Positions 56,287 through 64,000 of a stretch of 64,000 nucleotides of DNA are shown one piece after another. The notes under the pieces are model-generated. The model had not been told where the DNA came from. It worked only from the letters and a program-made list of their open reading frames with translations, and made no database searches. How positions within the stretch are numbered: position 1 is the stretch's first letter; every line of letters starts with the position of its first letter. The DNA lies in contig OZ024755.1 of assembly GCA_964016885.1 (NCBI GenBank), positions 2,108,001 to 2,172,000 of the forward strand, in the 5' to 3' direction. Source of the DNA: Eledone cirrhosa (Eukaryota). The position numbers and the translations under genes were made by a program.

Positions 56287-57393
56287 CCAACTCTTCTTTC
56301 GATGCCATAGCAGGGAAAGTAGTCTATCTTTCCTTCTCTCCCTCAATCATCATCAAAATCATCATCAGCAACATCATCATCATCATCTCCACCACTACCA
56401 TCATCATCATCATCATCACCACTTCCACCATCCTCATCATCACCACCACCACCACCACCACCACCAGCACCACCACCACCATCACCACCACCACCAGCAC
56501 CACCACCACCACCACTATCACCACCACCACCAGCACCACCACCACCACCATTATCACCACCACCACCACTATCACCACCACCACCACCACTATCACCACC
56601 ACCACCACCATCACCACCACCACCACCATCACCACCACCATCACCACCACCACTATCACCACCACCACCACTATCACCACCACCATCACCACCACCACTA
56701 TCACCACCACCACCACCACCACTATCACCACCACCACCATCATCACCACCACCACCACCACCATCACCACCACCACCACCATCACCACCACCACCATCAC
56801 CACCACCATCACCACCACCATCACCACCACCACCACCATCATCACCACCACCACCATCACCACCACCACCACCACCACCATCACCACCATCATCATGAAC
56901 AACACCAATCCCATATTCCACTCATTCTAGAAAACATTCTTTTAACTGCTGCTGTTATTCATATTCTTACTTATTTTCCTCGAGTTGTAAAAAGGATTGT
57001 TGCTTCTACTGTTGTTGTTGTTGCTGCTGCTGTCGGTGTTGTTGTTGTTGTTGTTGTTGCTGTTGTTCTTGTTGCTGTTGTTCTTGCTGTTGCTGCTGTT
57101 GTTGTTGTTGTTGCTGTCGGTGTTGTTGTTGCAACAATCAATCTTGCTTATCTCCGAGTGTTATTCAAATAAATCAAAATCCGACATGGAAAACGAAGAG
57201 TAGTGTGTGTGTGTGTGTGTGTATTTTCGTGTATCTGTGTGTGTGTGTATGTGTATGTGTGTATTTGCGTGCATCTGTGTATGTGTGTATGCGTGTGTGT
57301 ATGTGTGTGTATGTGTGTGTGTGTGTGTGTATGTGTATTTGCGTGTATTTGCGTGTATGTGTGTCTGTTTGTGTGTCTGTTTGTGTGTATGTG

Positions 57394-57475
<82 letters not shown>

Positions 57476-57799
57476 TATGCATGTCAGTTTGTACGTCTAT
57501 ATGTAAATGTGTGTCTATATGTGTACGTCTGCAATTGTGTTTCTGTTTATAGCCGAGCGTGTATTATATTTCTACTTTTATGTATGTGTGAGTATACACG
57601 TGTGTACGTATAGAAATATATTTATATACATATGTACACATGTACATATGTGTATATATATGTGTGTGTGAATATAGACAGATAGATAGATAGATACTTC
57701 ATAAGCATGTTACACACCATATGTTTAGGTTACCTCCCAGTTTCACGCCGAAACCATGCCTTGCCTCACACTATGTTAAATATACGTGTTTCCTTAGAT

Positions 57800-58610
57800 C
57801 CAATGTATTTATAACATTAGTGTTCGATTGTCTGTGAGGGGACACAGGGCTGGAATGTATCTCTGGGAGTATGTGGAATGAATCTCGTGAAAACGTTGTA
57901 TATTATATGGTATAATCTTGTGAGAGTAAACTGTCCAAATTCCTCAAGAAAATGTCTCCTCGTCCGGATATAATGATCAGGGACGGGAACAAAAATATCA
58001 GTGCGCTGTTAGACATTTTGACCTCTTTTGGTCAAATAATTACCCGAAAAAAAGACGGTGAAAGTGTTCAAATACAAAGATTTTGAAGTTTAAATAAGTA
58101 GGGTATGGGACATGAGGATTAAAACCCAGGAATAAAACACACAATTCTTTTCACCTCCAAAAGACCGTTTAATTCAATAGTGCGACCTAAACATTACGTT
58201 ATCTGTGCACAATATATATCCTATACAATAACCATTCAATAATATAACAAAACTCACACAACATATTCTTCACAGTAACCACTCAATACATTAATCACAG
58301 ACAATATAATATACTTAATCAACTCACTATAGGTAGAACAGATCTCACAGAATATGACACACAGACAACGTCTAACAGAGTTACGTTACTCATCACACAC
58401 CCTCTACACAACAGATGAAATATTTTTTTAAATAACATCAGAAACCACAAACAAATCCTAAAAATAGTGCAAAATATATATAGTATACAATTAATTTGAT
58501 GTTCCCAAAAGACTATGGTGCACGCTGCATACACCTTACAAGCACCAATCTGCACCTGATGCTGCATTAGAAACCGACATAAAACTGTGGAAAACAAAAT
58601 AATTCGATTA
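57800..58610 (+). mobile_element. R4/Dong-like (restriction-like endonuclease) non-LTR retrotransposon 3' relic
   Basis: About 57955-58130 translates PRPDIMIRDGNKNISALLDILTSFGQIITRK / VKVFKYKDFEV*ISRVWDMRIKT, matching the RPD..D..D..K..KY endonuclease pattern of RLE elements; boundaries approximate. Confidence 0.7.
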
Positions 58611-58879
58611 TTAACCACGAAGAGCTTTCATATACAATATGATAAACATCGAAAAACATGGGGTCTACAACACAGGTAGGGACTGGGTAAATGACTTTAT
58701 ATTAAAACGAGGGGAAGATGAAGGCGTTGCACAATTAATGGATTTTTAAAAAATAATAGACGCGATATGTATAGAATTGTATGAAAAGACACGATAATTA
58801 AAACAAGATATAAATAATACTCGTATAAAAAGGTGAAAAAACATATAATATTACCCACCTCCATTTACAATCATAATGT

Positions 58880-59300
58880 CATCGGATCGATTCCTGGACA
58901 GGGTGCTGCGTCGAGTTCTTGAGAAAAACACTTTATTTTACGTAGACTCGGTTAAGAGTGAGTACCAGTAGTAACTGGGGAGTTAATCCCGTGATAGACA
59001 GGCGTCCTGTACTCTCAGTCGCATAACGTCAAGGAAACTGGCGATAAGTACTGGCTTCATAAAACCCTCGGCTTAAAACAGACTATAACTCACTTTACCC
59101 ACCTCCACAAACAGGTGAGAACTCACTGTTGCGCGGAATCATTATACGGAACCATCGTTCCGTCAATCTGGTCCTCCTTAAGGAGCATGTAAGGTGTACA
59201 AGTGTTTGTTGGAATACTCAGACACTAGTACTATAATAAAATGAATAGATAGTTGAGTTAATCCAACAACTAAAACATTCATTGTCGAAACCGACGGAAT
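58880..59300 (+). mobile_element. Degenerate composite SINE(s)
   Basis: ggatcgattcc B-box, ttcttgagaaaaacactttatttt, aatcccgtgatagacaggcgtcctgt; 3' tail like 29850-29965. Confidence 0.55.
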
Positions 59301-60570
59301 ATTAATTTACTTATGTTAACATTAACTCTACCAAAGATTGCAGGATTCTATTGGTAGATAGTACCAGCAATGGAAAGACCAATGAAAACATTATTTCCTT
59401 GGTCAGGTTTGACTCGGTAAGCGAAAGGGGTTTGCTGAGATCCTGATCTTATCGGTCGATATCCTTACGTCCGCCAAACCCCACCAAAAAATATTAAAAT
59501 AATCTCCATTTGTTGATTCACCAAATTAAGTGGACCAATATTAATCACACCGTTTTCCAATGTCTCCCCCGGTCTTGAGGCATTCTTCATTATCTAACAT
59601 TTTGGTCAATGTTATTTTCTCCACGGAAACACCACCACAACCACAACTTCCTCCACCACAACACCACTACCACCTTCACCACAAGTAACAACAGCAAAAA
59701 CTACTACAACGACGACTACTACTACTACTACTACTACTACAAATAGAACTACTACCACTGCAACTACTACTACTACTACTACAAATAGAACTACTATTAC
59801 TAATATAACTACAACTACAGCGATATCAAAATGAAATTTTAAAAATCAGACAAATAGAAAAAGAAAAAAAAAGATAGATAACAAACAACTCGTCTAACAA
59901 ACGAGATTGTTGAAGGTTTGAAAACTTGCTCCTGGCCCCCCGACATACCTAACATATCTCGGACCTACAGATCATCGCTCGTAACTGTTTTCAATTGGGT
60001 CATTTAACAACAACAACAACAACAACAACAATAAAAACAGCAATAAAAACAGCAAGAGAAACAAAAACAATACTAATGACATAAGAAGCACCAGAGCCAA
60101 AATCAAGAATATCGCCTCCAACAACAAAATCAACAAAAGCAACAACAACAACAACGACAGCTACAACAATAGCAATAACAACAGCAATAACAGCAGCAGT
60201 AACAACTACAACCAATTTTACGCCTGCTAATACAAGAAGTGGATATATGTAATCCAGCAAAGTGAGCCTTTATCTATTTCATTGACATTAGGTTGTGCCA
60301 TTTGACCTGTAAATCGTCCTAGCTGCTTCTGGTCAAAAATCTTTTATCATCTTACGTAAAGGCACTGACCGTTGGATGGTATTTCGTAGAAAAAATTTTT
60401 CTATTTTCTAATCTTTCCTTTCTTTATTTGCTTTAATGAAACGAAAGAGAATGTGTTTTGTTTGCGGAAGGAGAGAGTCGGCCAACTGACAAAACATGGC
60501 GGCGCTGTGACTCAAAAGAGACTCGGTAATAAAACCATATAATAAAGTGGAAGCACTGTATATATGTATG

Positions 60571-60619
<49 letters not shown>

Positions 60620-60993
60620 GTGTGTGTGTGTGTGTGTATGTATATATATATGCGTGTGTGTGTTTGTATATATATATACATTTTCATGTTTAGTTATGGT
60701 CGTCATGATGGAATGGGGTATGGTAGTAGTGCTGATAAATTGTTCTGTGATAAAGTTGTGTATGTAATAAGAGGAATGTTGTGTGAGTAAAAGAAAGAAA
60801 CGTATTCGTGGGAAAAGGCTTATAGGAATATAGCGATAAGTTGAATTAGGGTTTAAGGTTGAGAGTTCGCGAGTTTAGGGCTTAAAGTTTAGGGTTCAAA
60901 GTTAACGTTAGAGCGAACATGAGTTTGGTGTTAAATTGTCTTGGTGAGGGTTGAGGAATTGATGGTAAAACATATACACAGTCTCTCTCTCTC

Positions 60994-61024
<31 letters not shown>

Positions 61025-61167
61025 ACACCTCCTTCTCCTCCTCCCTATGGCCATAGAACATTCTTGGTGTATAGAGGGATTATCTGATTAAGGTCTTTGT
61101 CTCATACTGACTGGACATAGACGGAAGTAATATTTATAACATTGGTGTTGTATGGCTAAGAATGATT

Positions 61168-62660
61168 TATGTGGTGGTAGTGTTGGTGATGGTAGTCGTG
61201 GTGGTGGTAGTGTTGGTGATGGTGGTCGTGGTGGTGGTCGTAGTGGTGGTATTGGTGGTGATGGTGGTCGTGGTGGTACTGTTGGTGATGGTGGTCGTGG
61301 TGGTCATAGTGGTGGCGTTGGTGGTGGTGGTCGTAGTGGTGGTAGTGCTGGTGATGGTGGTCGTGGTGGTCATAGTGGTGGCGTTGGTGTTGGTGGTCGC
61401 AGTGGTGGTAGTGTTGGTGATGGTGGTCGTGGTGGTCATAGTGGTGGCGTTGGTGGTGGTGGTCGTAGTGGTGGTAGTGTAGGTGATGGTGGTCGTGGTG
61501 GTCATAGTGGTGGCGTTGGTGGTGGTGGTCGTAGTGGTGGTAGTGTTGGTGATGGTGGTCGTGGTGGTCATAGTGGTGGCGTTGGTGGTGGTGGTCGTAG
61601 TGGTGGTAGTGTTGGTGATGGTGGTCGTGGTGGTCATAGTGGTGGCGTTGGTGGTGGTGGTCGTAGTGGTGGTAGTGTTGGTGATGGTGGTCGTGGTGGT
61701 GGTCGTAGTGGTGGTGGTGGTGGTGGTGATGGTGGTCATGGTGGTCATAGTGGTGGCGTTGGTGGTGGTGGTCGTAGTGGTGGTAGTGTTGGTGATGGTG
61801 GTGGTGGTGGTGGTCGTAGTGGTGGTAGTGTTGGTGATGGTGGTGGTGGTGGTGGTCGTAGTGGTGGTAGTGTTGGTGATGGTGGTCGTGGTGGTGGTCG
61901 TAGTGGTGGTGGTGGTGGTGGTGATGGTGGTCATGGTGGTCATGGTGGTCATAGTGGTGGCGTTGGTGGTGGTGGTCGTAGTGGTGGTAGTGTAGGTGAT
62001 GGTGGTGGTGGTGGTGGTCGTAGTGGTGGTAGTGTTGGTGATGGTGGTGGTGGTGGTGGTCGTAGTGGTGGTAGTGTTGGTGATGGTGGTCGTGGTGGTG
62101 GTCGTAGTGGTGGTGGTGGTGGTGGTGATGGTGGTCATGGTGGTCATAGTGGTGGCGTTGGTGGTGGTGGTCGTAGTGGTGGTAGTGTTGGTGATGGTGG
62201 TGGTGGTGGTGGTGGTCGTAGTGGTGGTAGTGTAGGTGATGGTGGTCGTGGTGGTCATAGTGGTGGCGTTGGTGGTGGTGGTCGTAGTGGTGGTAGTGTT
62301 GGTGATGGTGGTCGTGGTGGTCATAGTTGTGGCGTTGGTGGTGGTGGTCGTAGTGGTGGTAGTGTTGGTGATGGTGGTCGTGGTGGTCATAGTGGTGGCG
62401 TTGGTGGTGGTGGTCGTAGTGGTGGTAGTGTTGGTGTTGGTGGTGGTGGTAGTGTTGGTGATGGTGGTGGTGGTGATCATAGTGGTGGCGTTGGTAGTGG
62501 TGGTCGTAGTGGTGGTAGTGTTGGTGATGGTGGTCATGGTGGTCATAGTGGTGGCGTTGGTGGTGGTGGTCGTAATGGTGGTAGTGTTGGTGATGGTGGT
62601 CGTGGTGGTCATAGTGGTGGCGTTGGTGGTGGTGGTGGTGGTCGTCGTCGCCGTGGTGAT
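61168..62660. repeat. GGT-based higher-order repeat (about 60-bp unit)
   Basis: ggtggtggtggtcgtagtggtggtagtgttggtgatggtggtcgtggtggtcatagtggtggcgtt repeated. Confidence 0.9.
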
Positions 62661-62691
62661 AGTTGTGATAGTGGTTATATATACAATAATG

Positions 62692-62820
62692 ATTTCTACT
62701 ATAGAAACGAGGCCAGCAATGGGGGAGGGCGAGGAGAAAGTCGATTAAATCGACCCCCAGTGCATAACTGGTACTTTATTTCATCGGCCCCGTAAGTATG
62801 AAAGGCAAAGCTGAACTCGG
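62692..62820 (-). mobile_element. SINE family A (long form) 3' half
   Basis: Contains the aagtcgattaaatcgacccc segment. Confidence 0.85.
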
Positions 62821-62848
62821 TTGGTTATATATATATATATATATATAC

Positions 62849-63035
62849 AATAACTGTTTCTACGTTTGGCACAAGGCCAGCAATAAACCAGTGTATTACT
62901 GGTACTTTATTTTATCGACCCCGTAAGGATGAAAGGCAAAGTTAACCTCGGCGGGATTTGAACTCAGAATGGCAAGGGCCGTAACTCTATGCCTCAAAGC
63001 ATGGCGTCCGACGCTCTACCGATACTGCCAATCCA
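62849..63035 (-). mobile_element. SINE family A (short form), near full length
   Basis: Very similar to 17074-17255 and 56091-56286. Confidence 0.9.
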
Positions 63036-63296
63036 AAACAAGATATAATTCAAAAATATCCACACAAAAAAAGACTTGTTCAAGCGGAGGTTCTAGAAGA
63101 CACTTGCTCAAGTTGCCACAGTGTGTCTAGACCAGGAAACGACTGCTTATGGAACTACTTCACCACCCAAAACAGAGAAATTGTATCTCACATTAACTTG
63201 CCAAATAGTTTTGATATCGAATGATATTTGAAAAATAATGTCTAGAAGCGAATCGATATCACGCACATAGTTACAAAACTAATAATTACAAGAAAT

Positions 63297-63390
<94 letters not shown>

Positions 63391-63813
63391 ATATATATGT
63401 ATGTATATATATATATATAATTATATATATGTATGTATATATATATATATATGTATATAGTTGTATATGAAAAACAAAATTGTCTACATCGTCAAAGTAA
63501 GCAGATAGTCTTTACATAAACGATTGGTTTATTATAACTAAATAAAACTGTAACATGTTCCGTCACGTAATGTATTTGATATCTAGAATCAGTTGTAATG
63601 TTACCAATTGTATTTACAAAGTCTGAGTTTCAAGTCTAGAAGTAACTGTAAACTAACATAGACTCGTATTTCAGTTTCAATGTGTTAATCTTGAGTAATG
63701 GAGACAATAACGTGAGCAGGGCAAAGAGGATTTACGAACACATACCTACACGTTTAGTCTATCTTGTCCAGACATTATACATAACCACAAGTACGCAGAC
63801 ATTCATATATATA

Positions 63814-63953
63814 TAACAAAGGAATTGTGGTAAGGAACCAGATGGACAATAATGCACCAGAGTACTCAATACTTAGGGTAGTAGAGTGGGAAATAGGAAA
63901 AAGTATGACCCCGACGGCTTGAGCTCTGCCGTCGGGGTCATACTTTTTCCTAT
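63814..63953 (-). mobile_element. Family C pseudo-LTR fragment with 26-bp perfect hairpin
   Basis: Arms 63893-63918 / 63928-63953, loop ttgagctct; flanked by (TA)n. Confidence 0.75.
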
Positions 63954-64000
63954 ATATATATATATGTATGTGTGTGTTGATAAATATATGTACGTTGATG

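Noticed and set aside
60847-60915. TTAGGG-like repeats
   Set aside because: Few, degenerate and interspersed; not a telomeric array
61152-62795. 547-aa Gly/Arg/His-rich ORF starting with ATG
   Set aside because: Almost all codons are GGT-derived, other frames and the opposite strand are also open, and the C-terminus runs into an antisense SINE. Best explained as a simple repeat; RNA-seq or proteomics would be needed to rescue it.

Overview
AT-rich, extremely microsatellite-dense, apparently non-coding eukaryotic DNA. The SINE and LINE families resemble those of octopod cephalopods (inference from recalled repeat sequences, not from a search). I recognise no intact host protein-coding exon; nearly all supplied ORFs are translations of simple repeats. 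A 200-N gap lies at 20229-20428. Content includes about a dozen copies of one tRNA-derived SINE (long and short subfamilies), CORE-type SINEs, an RTE LINE 3' end, an R4/Dong-like endonuclease relic, a decayed hAT transposase, a hAT-type MITE nested in a SINE, and many mini/satellites. The most striking signal is a set of short (about 130-250 bp) ORF-less elements, mostly embedded in (TA)n tracts, that carry minimal type I hammerhead ribozyme folds (CUGANGA / stem II / GAAA / stem III / NUH / stem I, often followed by AATAAA). There are 8 complete or single-mutation copies from about 6 unrelated sequence families, plus half-ribozyme palindromes that fold back at ribozyme loops. They look like Penelope-like pseudo-LTR / retrozyme-type non-autonomous retroelements that target (TA)n.
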